From the NCBI GenBank assembly GCA_030770535.1, contig JASVEC010000002.1, positions 620,001-684,000 of the forward strand: DNA of 64,000 nucleotides, in the 5' to 3' direction. This DNA is from Batkoa obscura (taxonomy: Eukaryota). The position numbers were made by a program, and so were the translations under genes. The notes under the pieces were generated by a model. The model saw only the letters and a list, made by a program, of their open reading frames with translations, was not told the origin of the DNA and did not search any database. Below, piece by piece: positions 1-15,025 of the stretch; position 1 is the stretch's first letter, and the number at the start of each line of letters is the position of its first letter.

Positions 1-564
1 AATTTCCTTCCTCTTTACTTTTAATTAATGGGATATTCAGCCTTTACATAGTAAAGTAATAACTTGGTTAATTTTAAACTTTAAATTCAAATTCAGATCA
101 GGTGCCACTTTTCAAAGTTGAGCATATATTTTACTTTAAAGATTAAAGTACAAATTGTTATGAATTATAATTAATTGATGCTATTTATGAATATTCTAGT
201 ACTCTATATGAAACGATACTATCACTTTATTTTTTAGTAATTGGAGGGTTTAATATAGTCCTTTAATTACTCAATTATTATTATTATTATTATGACTATG
301 ATTATCATTATCATTATCAAGTCTGTTTAGTATTTTATAAAATAAGAAATATGTAAAGTTAAAGCAAATAAAAGGGGATAAAAGATGTGTAAAATTAATT
401 GAGTGGTGGTTTTATAGGTTAAGTAAGGGTAAAAATTAAAATTGTAATAAGAAAACAACTAGTGTAATTGATCGTTAAAATAGTAGCTTAAATGGAAGTA
501 GAGTTTGTATGTTGGCCTTCTCTTACTTATAATACTTTAGTATCCTCTTCAAAACTATTCACTT

Positions 565-1353
<789 letters not shown>

Positions 1354-3000
1354 TAATATGTATTAATTCTATATACTATATATTTAGTTGAATTTTTAGC
1401 TGAATAGAAAAATTTAAATTACTAGATAAGAAATGAAAAAGCGGAAAGATTAATAGTAAGTTGAAAACTAGAACTATATTAAATCACAAAATAAAAATAA
1501 AAATATCTGTTAATTACCAAGCCATAAATTCTTTCGAAGTGCCTTAACCTCTATAAGTGATTTAATTGGTAAACTCAAAGCTATTTAAAGGCGGAGACAA
1601 ACTTAAAATCCCCAATTAACCCAAATCTTAGACTATTGATTGGCTCTAGTAGTGAAATCATTAAAGCAAAGTTCTTTTTCTACTAACCAATAAAAGTAAC
1701 AACGGCTTCAAACAAACTCAAAATCAGCCAATTAATTCCTTCCTTTTGACTATGGTTATGAGCAATAAATTAACGAAGGATTTTTCAATTAACATGAACT
1801 AATTAGGGGAAATACAAAAATAAAAGAGGAGAATCAAAAAAATAAGAGTCTATAAAGTAGCATAAATAAATTAATAAAATTAAAATTAAAAATTTATGGT
1901 TTTGACCAAAAGAATTTAAAAAAGAGATTACAATTTGTGGAGTTATTTTACAGAATTACGGTCAATTATAGTGTTATTCTTTAAATTTGTCCATTGCCAA
2001 AGGCTAAAAACAAATCTATATTTTGCATTGTTAAATCATTCGATCAAAATATCAAAATAAAACTGATATCTACTGCAATAAAAACAAGTTTTTACTTTAA
2101 TGACTTAAGTAATTCGAACGTAATAACACTTATTAAGAAAGAGAGCAGCTTTACTATTTTAAGCTGCAAACAGTCTTAATTTTAGCATTCTTGTTACTTT
2201 CTAGTCTTTAAATCAAAAAATCGTCAAAAGTAGCTTTATAAATACTATTAACTGCTGTGAAGGTCATATAGTATATTAAAAAACATCCGAATTGTCAAGG
2301 ATATTTAATATATCCTTCTAATATAATTATTAATTTCATTACGAATTAACCTACAAGTTTTGTACAGAAATAGTAAACTATTATTAGATCTAAAATCACA
2401 TGCTATGAGTTTATAAAGATTCTACTAATAATCCTTATAGGTGTTCTTTTCCACTAATATTTTATCTTATCTATTAATGATTTGTTTTTGTCATTTATTA
2501 TCTTATCATAGTGTTATACTGGTATGTCTAAAATTCAAAAACAACACCTTAATAAATATTTGAGTCTTTTAAATTTAATAAGGTGTTTTTTGTAAGCAGA
2601 ATTATTATTAAATTCATTTTAATTTTACTTTTAATTTTAATTTAGCTCAAATTAAACAACTATTTTGTTGAGAACAGCAAAAAGTTATTTACTACTCTAA
2701 AAATGATTGGTTTGCTTAAGCTTTTGCATATTAGTTGTAAAATCTAATGTAATTTGGTGTAAAACTAAAGAGCAAGTTAATAAATTAATCTCTTTTCAGT
2801 TTTTAAAAATAGTAGACTTTCCTACTAAACGATTTAGGTACCAGAAAAACTTCCCTTTATTTTCAGCAATTTAAATTTAGTAATTGGTTATAATATATTT
2901 AAAATAAAACTAATGAAAGGGATGCGACTATTTTTAAACTTGTTTTTGACCCTTATTTATATATTTGTATATTTACAATAAAATAAATTCAACGAATTTT

Positions 3001-3447
3001 TTATTTTTTACAAAAAATACTTAAGTTAGGCCAGAATATAACGGTAAGGTTGATGATAACTGGCAGAGACCAAGCACAAGAATTTAAGAGTAACAAGCCA
3101 CATTGTGAAGATAGTGACAAGAGTTTATGGTTTGCATGAATAGGAGCTACGACGGCTAAAAGCAGCCACATAAAAGAAATAAACAAAGAGATGAGAGGCT
3201 CAACCATTGGGATCATTAAAACAAGTAATAAGTGACTGCGATATTTTTTACACCAAGTTTCTATTTCTAAAAAGACACTAGAGCATAAAAAAGAAGTTAA
3301 ACTTATCGCTAATAAAGCTATACAAAAGCTATTTTGTTTTAAATACGGAGTCATGGTTAATACAGTCGTAATACTTATTATACATTGTGTTAATCGTTGT
3401 GAGTTATGATAACTATAAGGCGTTTTTCCAATTAATTTATATTCCAT
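3001..3447 (-). CDS. Small 4-TM membrane protein, possibly MARVEL-like
   Basis: Intact 148-aa ATG ORF, more GC-rich than its flanks, with four hydrophobic segments; RLTQ before TM1 and a MWL motif in TM3 resemble MARVEL spacing. Family call is inference. Confidence 0.5.
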   Translation of the reverse strand: MEYKLIGKTPYSYHNSQRLTQCIISITTVLTMTPYLKQNSFCIALLAISLTSFLCSSVFLEIETWCKKYRSHLLLVLMIPMVEPLISLFISFMWLLLAVVAPIHANHKLLSLSSQCGLLLLNSCAWSLPVIINLTVIFWPNLSIFCKK

Positions 3448-4300
3448 TATTTTGTTTTTTAAAAATGAATGTTTGTAAATAAAAGTTGTAAGGATAAGTA
3501 AGGCGTATAAATAATTATATTAATAATCTAAGTGGGGTAGTTTAAAGATGATTGGATTAAAAAAATGTTTTAAACCTGTCTATATAAAATAACAATTCAA
3601 ATAATTTTAAAATAAACAAGGATTCCTTTTCGTTTATATACTAAACATTTCCCCTTTATTTTCTTTTTTTTCGATCTTCTTATTTATAAAATGATTGTCA
3701 ATTTTTATTTTAATTACTTTACTTGGTCAATTTTTATTTTACTCACACAACAATCTATCCCCTTAAAAGGATGATTTGTAGAAATCCACCAATTAAATCA
3801 ACTAATTTTTAAATAGTGTTTCAACCTTTTTACTTTGTTTAAAATAGTTAAAATCGATTATTTATTATTTAACATAACAAATATAAATACAATAATAGAC
3901 GTAATAAACATAATAAAGTGATAAAATTAATTTGCTGGATTTTAAAATCAAGTTAAATGAACATAATGGAGTTTTAAACTTTATTTTTTATCTAACTTTG
4001 TTTTATACTATTATTACTTTTATCCATCTTCTCTAGCTTACCACCCCATTTAAGACGATAATTAATGGTTTTTGAATCCTTTCTTTCCGCAAATTTAAAG
4101 AATACTTTGATATTAAGCTTTATAAGTTAGTATGGTAACAATAATACTAATAAATATTATCAAATAATGATACACTTTGATTTTTTTAGAAGAAATTAAA
4201 TAAAATGTAAGATTTAATTTTATACCGCTAGAAATAGCAAAAAATAATATTAGAGTTGAAACACTATAAAAAATTGAAGACTATTACTGTTAAGCTATAG

Positions 4301-4356
4301 TAAAAAGTAGTATTAAAAAGTAGTATTAAAAAGTAGTGTTAAAAAGTAGTGTTAAA
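4301..4356. repeat. Tandem repeat (TAAAAAGTAGTRT)x~4
   Basis: 13-bp unit read directly in the sequence. Confidence 0.8.
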
Positions 4357-4972
4357 CTATATGAAAAATAGCAATATAGTAATTAATGGATCCAATATAT
4401 TTAAAACAAAATGCTATAAAGTAGCAATAATGGGTATTAATAAGATTTAGTTTATTGTTAGTAGAATTTAAAATTCTTTAATATAATTTTTTATATATGT
4501 TATTAAACTTTATTTTAAGATGTAATTTTAAATTCCGTTTTGAAACTATTGGTTCTATTTTTTATCTTTTTTAGTAAGTTTTCATTTAAGTATTTGTTTG
4601 TTTTATTTATTGATCTCATCTTTCTATACTCTGGAAATGCTAATGTCTATATTGTGAAGTGTCTCTTAATTGAAAAAACAAATTTAGTTTTGTTATTTTA
4701 TACACCATTTTTTGTTATATATTTTTAAATGTTATGTATTTGAAGTATTAGCCCCTTTCAACTAATAAATAAAACTATTGTATATTTTTAAAATAACTAA
4801 ATTAATGTATTCAATTCTAATAGCGATCAGTAAAACCCTGTATAGTTATTAAGTTAATATTGGATGTCATAGCTCATAAAGAAATGGTATAAGTTTCCAA
4901 CTAGTTGGAATCATTTGATTTTACATAAATGTAAATAAAATTGGATGTTAGCATAATATGTAAACAGTAAAT

Positions 4973-5068
4973 AGGGGTGTGTTTTTTTATTTAAGAATTT
5001 TACTATAATCTTTCTACTTAAGTAGCGCTTAAAAATGGAAAAATAATGAAGCCAAAAAAAACAGCCCC
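4973..5068 (-). mobile_element. ~97 bp MITE copy (GGGGATGT-TIR family; strand = arbitrary internal orientation)
   Basis: AGGGGTGT...ACAGCCCC flanked by AAAT/AAAT; shared core TTTAAGAATTTTACTA..AGCGCTTAAAAATGGAAAAA. Confidence 0.85.
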
Positions 5069-5646
5069 AAATAGTAAATAGTATTATTTGAAAAAAGTCA
5101 GAATAAGATTAAAAATCCATTTATTGTACAAAGTATAATTTTTCCTTAAAGGTAAATTGAAGGTCACCTTATCTAGTCACTTTATATGGCTAAATAGCAA
5201 TAACATAAAAGTCTTATATCAGTCAATGTGTCCAAGCATAACTTTTTTAAATATCAAGTATAAACATATAACATAATAGCAAGCAATAAGTATAGTAAAA
5301 GCACTAGCTCTAAACAAGGACAAAAGACTTTCTATTCATTGTCAATTTTAAATATATATAGTTTACTATAACAATTAATATATATTTTGATATTTAGTGA
5401 GCCGCAATGAAGAGACACAAAGTTAAAACCGTTATCACCAAATACCACGCTACCCCCTGTCAATATCGAAATAAAAGGGCAAGCAGTACTATAATAAAAG
5501 GATATAATATCCTAAACGTAAATAAATTAGACATTATTATGTTCCCTACAAATTTGCAAATTTAAGCTGCACCAATCACACCAACTTGAATTTTTTAAAA
5601 ACTAAAAATTTTAAAATTTTAAAAAATCATTTTTAGCAATTTTAAA

Positions 5647-6252
5647 ATGTCAGGAAGAGTAATGATGAAATAAAATAATAAAGAATAAAACTGATTAAAT
5701 GTATAGGGACGTGGTACAGGAAGAGGAGGAAATAGCACTCGAGGAAGAGGAGGAAATTCAAACAATAACGGCGATAGAAATAAGGATAATTTAGATAAAC
5801 CTAAGAAGAAGAAAGAGTCGATATTGGATCTTTCTAAATTTTTAGAAAAAAAAGTACATGTTAAATTTTCAGGTGGCAGAGAAGGTAAATTACTTTTTCC
5901 TTCACTTTTCAAATTCAATGACCTAATTTTTAGTTTCTGGTATTTTAAAAGGGTTCGACCCCCTTTTAAACTTGGTTTTAGACCATACTATAGAAATTAT
6001 AAGAGGTAAAGCAAAATCATTTTAAATCTTAATATAAAATATTAATCTTTAACTTGTTAATAGCGGATTCAAATGAAAGCAATAGTAAGATTATTTCAAT
6101 TATATACAATTTAAAACTTATATTTTCATAAAGCCAAAGGTTCAGATAAAACTAGAGAGTTAGGTTTACTAGTATGTCGTGGCCCTACTGTAGTATTGAT
6201 TCATCCTGAAGAGGAAGCTATTGAAATTAGCAATCCATTTTTACAGCAATGA
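5647..6252 (+). CDS. LSM7: U6 snRNA-associated Sm-like protein Lsm7 (5 exons)
   Basis: Spliced product MSGR|GRGTGRGG...KKKESILDLSKFLEKKVHVKFSGGRE|VSGILKGFDPLLNLVLD...RELGLLVCRGPTVVLIHP..EISNPFLQQ*, matching Lsm7 Sm1/Sm2 motifs. Confidence 0.93.
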
Positions 6253-6358
6253 AAACGTTAATAATTTTATTTTTGTCTTTATTTTTTAAAATTATTTATC
6301 AATTATTCGTTATAAAAATAATACATTTAATATAAAAAAATATTTATTTACTATCAAT

Positions 6359-9300
6359 TTAAAAATCCATGTCCCGAGATACTCGCTTTCCTTTAACTGT
6401 ATGCACTTGAAGAGGTTTCGAGATGCTACTATTATCAAACCCTTCATCTTCATGTTGAATTTCTTTGAATTTATTATCTAGTCTAGGTCCCCTAGGTAAT
6501 GTTTTTGGGCGATCATAAATATTTGATTCAATCTTAAGATTTAACCTTGATAACCCTAGCTCTAAAGGAGGCTGCTCAGGGGAACGATTATCCTTTAATA
6601 TTGTTCCTTGAACCTCTTCTTGGCCATCAAAAGTATCTATTGTAGGTTTATTATTAAACGGTGGTTGGATTCCAACTGTGATATTGTTTTGATTTAAGAA
6701 TAAAAACCCATTATCTTCAGTTCTATCCACTGACAGTCTTCTATTTGGTTTCTTTGGAACGTTTTTTAGTGTTGTGTTCAATTGTTCCATTGCAACGGAT
6801 TTGGGTCTTTCATGGATTTGTTTCTCAAAGAACAACTTCTCAGTCGTTATCTCAGCGCTTGGCGAAGTAGGACTAGCAAGCGCTTTTGTTGTTTCTATAG
6901 TTTCATGATTAGGTGCAATTTCAATTTTATTTTCTTTGAGTTGAACTAATTTAATCTTATTTAAAGTTTGATGATATTGTTTAAGCTTATCATCTTTAAA
7001 ATTTTTAGCTAATTCTAGTTCTTGAATACGTATGCTTCTAAGCTTATTTTGTTCTGCCTTAGCTTGGTAACTCATTCTCTTTTCTTTCTTTTTATTTGAT
7101 AATTTTTGCCATTCACCAATCTTTTTTTGTTCAATGCATTCTATTTCATCTTCCTTCTCCCCATTAGAATCACCGTGGCCGTTATCTGGGCCATCAATTT
7201 TCCTAGTTGCGCCCCATGAAAAATCATCAAAATGCCAGAAAGAATAGACTGGTAATACAAAATTCCATATAGGCATAGCTAGAATAAAAATAAACATCCA
7301 TCCTATGTAAGATACTTTACGTGTCGTAACTCCGATTAATATAGCTTGCATAAAATAAAGACAGGCCATAAAGAAAAGGGGTAGCCATACATCTTGACCC
7401 ATGAAAGCACTAACTATCAAGTAAGATAAAAATAGTAATGAAGCTGGCATTACAACTGTTCCCAAAAGCTCTAATAAAATAACAAACTGCATAGAACAAC
7501 AAAAAATACCGCACAATTGTGGTACTAATACCAACTCTAACAAATTGTGTACTGTAGAATTAATCCATCTTCTCCTTTGTGATAATAGTACTTTAAACTC
7601 ATCAGGTACAACTGTTTTACAAATAGCTTTAGGAACATAAATCATTTTTCTCCTTGGGAAAGCTCTAAGCATTAGTGTGGTTAGGTAACGATCTTCACCC
7701 AATAACAAAAGGTTTTTCTTATGCAAAGTTGATACATCATTGGAAGAATAGTTTTTAACAATATCAGGGTTAGCTAATATGGGAACACAGTAACCATCTG
7801 GTTTACTTACTTTGATACGATACATACAAAAACAACCTGGTAAACAAGTAACACCACCAAAGATGGATTCAAATGCTTTTCCTAAGTGATGAGATATATA
7901 ATACTCATACACTTGAATCATCGTCACCCAGCTTTGTCTTTTATTTTCAATCTTAGTTTCACCGCAAAGCCCCATAACAGTTGGATCTCTCTCCATAGCT
8001 GATACCATCTTAGAAATAGCATCTGGTAGTACCATTGTATCTGCATCTACCATTAATACCATTTCATATTTATCAGCTGTAATATTAGTCAAACGATAAA
8101 GCTTTTCAAACAAGTCAAATTCAAGTGGGGTCATCCTTTCGTTAAAGCATAGGTTTGACAGGAAACGCATTAATATCAATTGAGAGTCCCTTTTCCCTCT
8201 ATTTCCAGCCTTAGGTTGATTTCTTTCATATGGCAAACCACATTTATTTATCAACACCATAGGGACTCTTCGGTCATTTTGTACTACATAATTTCCGATA
8301 TGAACTTTCGCCATATTCATTTGTTTTTTAGCATCTCCAATAGAAATATACGCTTTTGGTTTAATTTCTTCATCTTTATCTAAGGGTTCGAGCATGTCTA
8401 ATAAGATATCTGGTGTAGATTTTTCATTACCTGAACCAGTGATGTCACCATCTGCAATTACAAAAAGTATTTTGTGTTTATCATAATAATCGGACAATGC
8501 AATAGAATCTAAGGTTGTTTTTAAACTTGATTCACCTTCTGAATAACAAGTTACAAGACATAAGAGGTGAGGAAGGGTATTCTTGTTACGAGGTTTATTG
8601 GATATTTTTCCTAACTTCCAGGAAAGGAACCAATCAAAGCTTATGGCAGCAAGGAACTTGATAACGGTGATTGTTAATAAGATTGAGGTAGCAATGACCA
8701 TAGCTAAATTAGAAGCAAAACATCCAATAGTAGTACCATCCAGCTTGCCCACCAACAATTGATCTTCAAAACAAGGGATTAACTCAGCTAGTTTATTATT
8801 GTTTAATATATCTTTTGTAGCATCTCTACCAATAAAGGACTTTAAAACTTCCGTCAACTCCTCACCGAGATAAAGATCTGGATCTTCTTCCTCTTCTTCA
8901 GGTACTAGAAAGTAATCTTTTAAAGTATATACTTTCTCATTAAATACGAATAGTTTATCATTATTGATTGAGTTTGTAATATTCGCCCAAGAAAATGCGA
9001 CGTAGTTCTTGATTGAAAGTTCTTTTAACGCACGCCATGATTCTGCAGAGGTATGACAGTGTAATTTAGGGTCGTCTTGTAGGCCTTTACATTTTTCATC
9101 GAAATTTTTGGGCCAAAACTTACAAGACGAACTCTTTTTATCTGGTGGAAATATATGGGAGATATCATGTCCATAGTAAGGCTCAATAGTATCTTTTAAA
9201 TCTTCATCAACAAATGGTAAAATAGGTCGATGATTTCCAACTGGAAAATAAGAACCCACATCATAAAGCTGTCCTCTTACAATCATCAATTTGGTTCCAT

Positions 9301-10926
9301 TTGCATGTATACCAAAATCACGTGCCACTTGGTCTGGAAATATGGGAATAATTTTTTGGCAAATAATTGAAGAAAACCCAAAAGTTAAAAATCCAAGACC
9401 AAACGAAATCATTAAAATAATAAAACATAATGCTACTTTCTCTCTCCAAGCTTGTTGTATATGTGGGTCTTTCATGCCACCTAATTTACTCAAGAAAGGC
9501 GGAATAACACAGATTGTTAGCAATCTAGAGAAATATTCCCATTTATTTAAATGGCTTAAATTGAAGTAAGCCCTTATTCCTTCTTTTGGACCTTCTTCAT
9601 TTTCTAAATTGTTTGATAAATTACTCAATGGCACTTCACTTTGTTCTATTTGTAATTCGTTTTCAACAAGTTGATTATATATCTTTCTATTTCTTAAAGT
9701 TCCGTTCCTAACCAATTTCCTAGTTTCACTAAAGCTTGAGTTGTCATCGATCGTTTCTTCTTTTGGAGAAGCATTTCTAGATTTCCCTAAACTTGAATTT
9801 CTTTTTAATCTAGATTGAATTTCTAATTGCTCACAAGAGGATAGAGATAAATCTTTCATAAAAGAATCTTCAAACTTCATGAAGCTCTCTTTTTTAGCTT
9901 CCTTTTTGATCTCCTTCTTTTTCTCTTTTATAGTTATGTCCTTATCTCGCTTAGGTATATGCTTATATTTGTCACTGATTTTGGAAAAACTCACAAGTCT
10001 TTTGGCTATTGGATTGTGTTTATTCTCAAGAGCTAACTCAATTGCGTTTTTCTTGTTTAGTGCTATCAAATCTCGATTTGCTCCAGCAGCCAAGAGTGGC
10101 TCAATTAAATCCAAATAACCCAAATGGGAAGCTAACATCAAAGGAGTCCAGCCATACTAAAAAATTATAAATAGCCATAACTATAAAATTCAAAACAGCA
10201 CTTACCAAATCCGCCTTATTTACATTTACTTTAGCATCTAACAATAGTTGTACTACAGCATCTAAATGGTTTCCTATTACTGCCAAAGATAAAGGAGTAT
10301 TTCCTTGAAGATCAGGTTGGTTGATGGGATATTTTTCCAGACTCGTAAATAATTGGCAAGAGGCAGCGTGGCCTAAAGAAGCAGCTATTGCTAAAGGAGT
10401 TCTACCATCATTATCTAGTTTTGTAGGATCAGCACCTAGTTCAATAAGTACTTTGATATTGTCTACTAAATCTAAACAGGTCGCTTTAAACAGAATAGTT
10501 TGTCCTTTTTCATCTAAGTTAAAAATAAATATTAAAAACAGTTGATTGTACTGTAATAATTCAACTACCTCTCCAGTTTAAGTCAATATGAAATTGTTCG
10601 TGATTCATCAATAACATTAAAATATCGTTATATATATCAATATCTTGATCATCTAGGGTGATGAAATCCAAATAACAAAAGATAACTTCTAATATCAGTT
10701 GAATAAATAAGGTAAACTCTTGACTGTCTCGAGTGATAAGTTCATGGGAGTTCAAAGTTTGAATTAACTCTTTTTTAAATTTTTTACTTTGACTTTTTAA
10801 TATCAATTTTTTTAATCTTTTATAATATTGCTTTAATGTTATATTAGTTATTAGTAAATTATCTTCATCTTCATCTTCACTTAAATCGTCAATGTCATTA
10901 TTATTAGTTAGTAGCTCTTCTTTCAT
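6359..10926 (-). CDS. Division-2 (class IV-like) chitin synthase with N-terminal ankyrin repeats; exons 10926-10569, 10513-10206, 10156-6359 (1487 aa)
   Basis: Catalytic motifs TCYSEG, DADT, LPGCF, GEDRYL, QRRRW and WHFDDFSWG; cyt-b5-like segments (IVRGQLYDV, FIGRDAT). Two in-frame GT-AG introns (55 and 49 nt) join upstream ankyrin exons (GRTPLAIAA, GNTPLSLAV, GWTPLMLAS). Confidence 0.92.
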
Positions 10927-11901
10927 GATATTAATTAAAAGTTATGCAAATGAATAAATAAATAGATGAATTGAAAATGAAAAACAATAATAATAACAAA
11001 TTATTACTTTTCATTTTTTCCATTTCATTGTTGATATTTCCTTATAGTTTATTACTGCCTCTGTTTATTTTCATTATCTTCTTTTTTACTAACGTTTATT
11101 TTTTTAAAATGATTTTTATTTTTATTTAACTAATAATTTGATTTTCACTTACTTTTTATTGGCTCAATTCGTTATTTTTTTAACCTCATTTCAGTTGTTA
11201 TTTTCGGTTTCAAATAATATTAAAAAAAATATCCTTATAACTTGAATTACTTGAATTAATATAAGCTTAAACTTTCTATAAAGTTAGTTTTCAGAGTAGA
11301 TAACTAAATTATTTATTTACAATAACCAGAGTTTATCTTAATTCTTAATATAGAAGCTTTTTCCATTGCTTTGATAGCTTAGAAGATTATCGAAACAACG
11401 AAAACTCTATATTTGGTTACAAGGTTTAAATAAAGACTTAAAAACTATTAATGCTATAAAATATAATGTTGTATATTATAAAAAGAACATCAGATAACAT
11501 AAAAACCATTTGTTATATCGTTTGTATTGTTATGGTCTTATTTTTGAATCATAAAATAGAATATAATTAAAATAGAATATAATTTTAAAATAAATATAAG
11601 TCAATTGATAATGAATTTATCAAGTGATAATTTTACCAGTAACAGTTTCGATAGAGATTCTATTAATAACAAATACCCAAGGTTTAGATGGTAAGGTCTC
11701 GCCATAAAGAACATGTTTTAGTCTTAAGAAATCAGCTTTTAATGCTTGAAATACATTTTAGCCTCCATTCAAAATTAAAACATGGCTTTTGTTTTTGACT
11801 AGCTAACATTTGGGGATGTCCAAATTGGCCTCAAAATTACTTAAAAATTAGTCTCAATTTAAAAAGTTTAAAGTAAAATAAAAAGATTTAAAAGATTTAT
11901 T

Positions 11902-11998
11902 GAGGATGTTTTTTTGGCTTCATCACTTTTTCTATTTTTAAGCGCTATTTGAGTGGAAAAATTATTAGTAAAATTCTTAAACACAAAAATACATCCCC
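11902..11998 (+). mobile_element. MITE copy
   Basis: GAGGATGT...ACATCCCC, TSD TATT/TATT. Confidence 0.88.
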
Positions 11999-12783
11999 TA
12001 TTATTAATTATCTCTTTTTTTTTAATAACTAATTTTTTAATATTTGATGAAAATAGTATAAAATATGTAATTAAAAATATCTTTGTTAAATGGTTAATAA
12101 ATATATAATATATGTGATTATTTTACTTTACTTTTTATTAAAATAAAATAAGAAACAAAATGCAACCTTTTATAACTAAACATCGAAATAACATTTTTTA
12201 GAATTATAGTATAAGGAAAAGCAGATAATATAAACATTTTGATTTATTCAAATTAATTTTGAAAACTATTCATAATAGCCCAGAGTTTATAATATTTATA
12301 ATAATAATAAGCTTAATCAAATAATGTATAAAACTAGTACTTTAAAAGGAACAAGAAATAAAACCCAACATCATTGTCATCAACTATAGCTTTGGTATAT
12401 TTTTCAATAAGTATAGAAGTTTTAGGTTTATATAAGTAGAAATTAATATAATTATTTAAAAGCAATTAATAGTAATAATAATAAATAAAGCAAAAACAAA
12501 AAAAACAGTGAAAAAAAGCTATACAAATTACGTAAATTTTGTATCAATACTCAAAAAAATATATTTAATAAAACTATTAAAAAATTAAATAATAAAAGTT
12601 GTATATGATTTTAAATAAAATATAAAAACAAAAACAAAACAAGATTTGACAAATTTAAACTATTATAATAAATAAGCTATATTAGTATTAAAATTTAGTC
12701 TCTTATATCTAGAAAGTGATAAAATAATAAGCGAAGTTTGTTTTAAATATTTATCTAAAGTATTAAATTACAACTCAATATAT

Positions 12784-12880
12784 AGGGATGTTTCTTTGTA
12801 TTTAAGAATTTTACTAATAATTTTTCCACTCAAATAGCGCTCAAAAAATGGAAAAATAATGAAATCAAAAAAATATTACC
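12784..12880 (-). mobile_element. MITE copy
   Basis: AGGGATGT...ATATTACC, TSD ATAT/ATAT, shared core. Confidence 0.85.
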
Positions 12881-14534
12881 ATATAATAAGTGTGAAATCT
12901 GGTACTCAGTGCTTGGAGTCAAGAACAGCTATTGCTGGGTTGACTACACTATAAGTCGAAAGGTCTTAGTTTATGTGACTAAGATAGACTTGAATTGTGA
13001 AGAATAGCACGTAGTAGGCTACAGACTATGTAAAACAAGTAGAATAGACAATACTAATGTAAATCTACGTAAAATACTACTAAGAAAACTTAGTGGCTTT
13101 ATTAAATGTTTGAGATATCAGGGAATAATTCAGTTAAAAAGCCTCAAACTACTATACTCTGTAAACTCTTTTATACTCTGAAAAGTATAGATATTAAAAT
13201 GAGAAGATAATATTCTTTGATATGGAGCTAGAAATTCTCATAACAAATCAAACTAAGAATGTGGAACTGATTTTCTCTGAACTCGAGAACACAACAGCTT
13301 AGGCGATTGTTATGCTATAACTAACCATGGGACTGACAAAGCGATATTTCACATCTGTTAAGAGTGATGATAAATGATAAAAGAGTAGCAATAAATAATT
13401 ATTTTATCTTGGTTTTTTTGGCAATTGTGTTGTGTTTTTTTCACCATTATATACTATCAATCCCTCATATTGTTACTATCACTACTTATCACCTATTGTT
13501 TGATTGAAATAAAATTTTAAATACATATAGTAATAAATAAGCCACTATTTCTCTGTTAAAACAATATAGGGCTATCAGATATTGCTTACCAGATACTTTA
13601 TTTACTACCCGAAAATTCATTTTTTTATTTTTATTTTCCAATTTAGGAGCCGTTTTGTTCTAATTTTCTCAAGGATCTTATCTTTGAGACTTTTGTGAAA
13701 AACTTTAGCTAGCTTTTTTGTAATTTTGAGTTGCTGAAACTGACAATAATTCTACAAAACCTCAAAAAGATTTTAAAAATCAAAATAACAATAAAAATAA
13801 ACCAGATTTTTAATAAGAAACATCATTAATAGAGATTATTTGAGTCTTGGAAATATTAAGGTTTATTTGTTTGCCATAGAAATAGGTTTTTTGTTTACGT
13901 TGTTTAAAGCGACTTTAAATTTAGAGCGAATTTTTACTATACTAAAATAGATAATAAGATGCATTTTTGCTTAAATGAACAATGTATACTTTTAATAAGT
14001 CTCAAACTTACTTAAAATTTCTATATCACTGTAGATTATAGTTAGTGTTATACTAATGTTGTATTAAGTTTTGAAATTTTATTGATAGTTTTTGTCTAAT
14101 GATATCATTAGAATTTATTCTTTATCGAGAATTTTGAATTTTTTCAGTGCAATACTATTGCAAATTAAATATTTTTTGTTTCAACAGCATCTTCACTTTT
14201 CATTTAATTTATAGATGAAAACCTCATTTATGTTTAGCCAGTCTTTATTTCCGCTTATCCTTATCTTTAATTTCACTGTACTTCAATTAAAGGTTTAAGG
14301 AGTACAAATTTTTACAAGTTACAACCTTTTGCCAATTATACTAACAAAACTATCTAAATATCAGCCAATCATTTAAACAACAATAGTTTGATAAGAAGAT
14401 AGTTGAAGTAACATACAATAGTAGCTTTTGTTAGTTATAATTGAATAGGTTTTATTTTTATTTCATATTTCATATTTTAAGCATTTTATAATTATAACAA
14501 ATCTATTAGACAAATAAACTACTCAACTTTATAT

Positions 14535-14630
14535 GGAGATGTTTTTGACTTCATTACTTTTTCCATCTTTTAAGCGCTATTTAAGTGAAAAAATTGTTAG
14601 TAAAACTCTTAAATATAAAAATACATCCAC
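14535..14630 (+). mobile_element. MITE copy
   Basis: GGAGATGT...ACATCCAC, TSD ATAT/ATAT. Confidence 0.87.
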
Positions 14631-14964
14631 ATATGTTTAATATTAATATATGTATGTACCACTGCGAGACTAATTAATATAGATTAAGCAGCTGTTCTGT
14701 CCAAAATAGGTGTTTAAACCTAGCTTAACGTGTATTTACTAGCCCACTTTTTAAATCCTTCAGTGATAAAGTAAACTATACTGACTACTTTAACAAATGG
14801 ACTTGCCCAATCCCCATAACCTTACGCTCAAATGCTATATTGTAAACAGCCAGGAAATGCCTGTTCTAATATTATGCTTATAATAGACATCAGTGAGCCC
14901 TAATCCCATCACAAATTTATGTATTACTAAAACTGAAACTAATTAAAGGATTTGTAAAGCATTT

Positions 14965-15025
14965 GGAGATGTTTTTTTGATTTCATTACTTTCTATTTTT
15001 TAAGCGCTATTTGAGTCAAAAAAAT
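14965..15025 (+). mobile_element. Truncated MITE copy
   Basis: GGAGATGT plus core to TAAGCGCTATTTGAGT; the right TIR is missing. Confidence 0.75.

Noticed and set aside
2538..2590. Hairpin AACACCTTAATAAAT..ATTTAATAAGGTGTT with faint similarity to ~13815-13870
   Set aside because: Too degenerate and AT-rich to define a family by eye.
5707..5760. RGG-rich N-terminus and 21-nt exon of Lsm7
   Set aside because: Real but ordinary for fungal Lsm proteins and intron-rich genomes.
8180..10545. Plus-strand ORFs antisense to the chitin synthase
   Set aside because: Antisense shadows of a conserved CDS.
12890..13380. GC-enriched intergenic stretch (possible ncRNA or TE relic)
   Set aside because: No ORF, convincing box motifs, structure or second copy that I could support.
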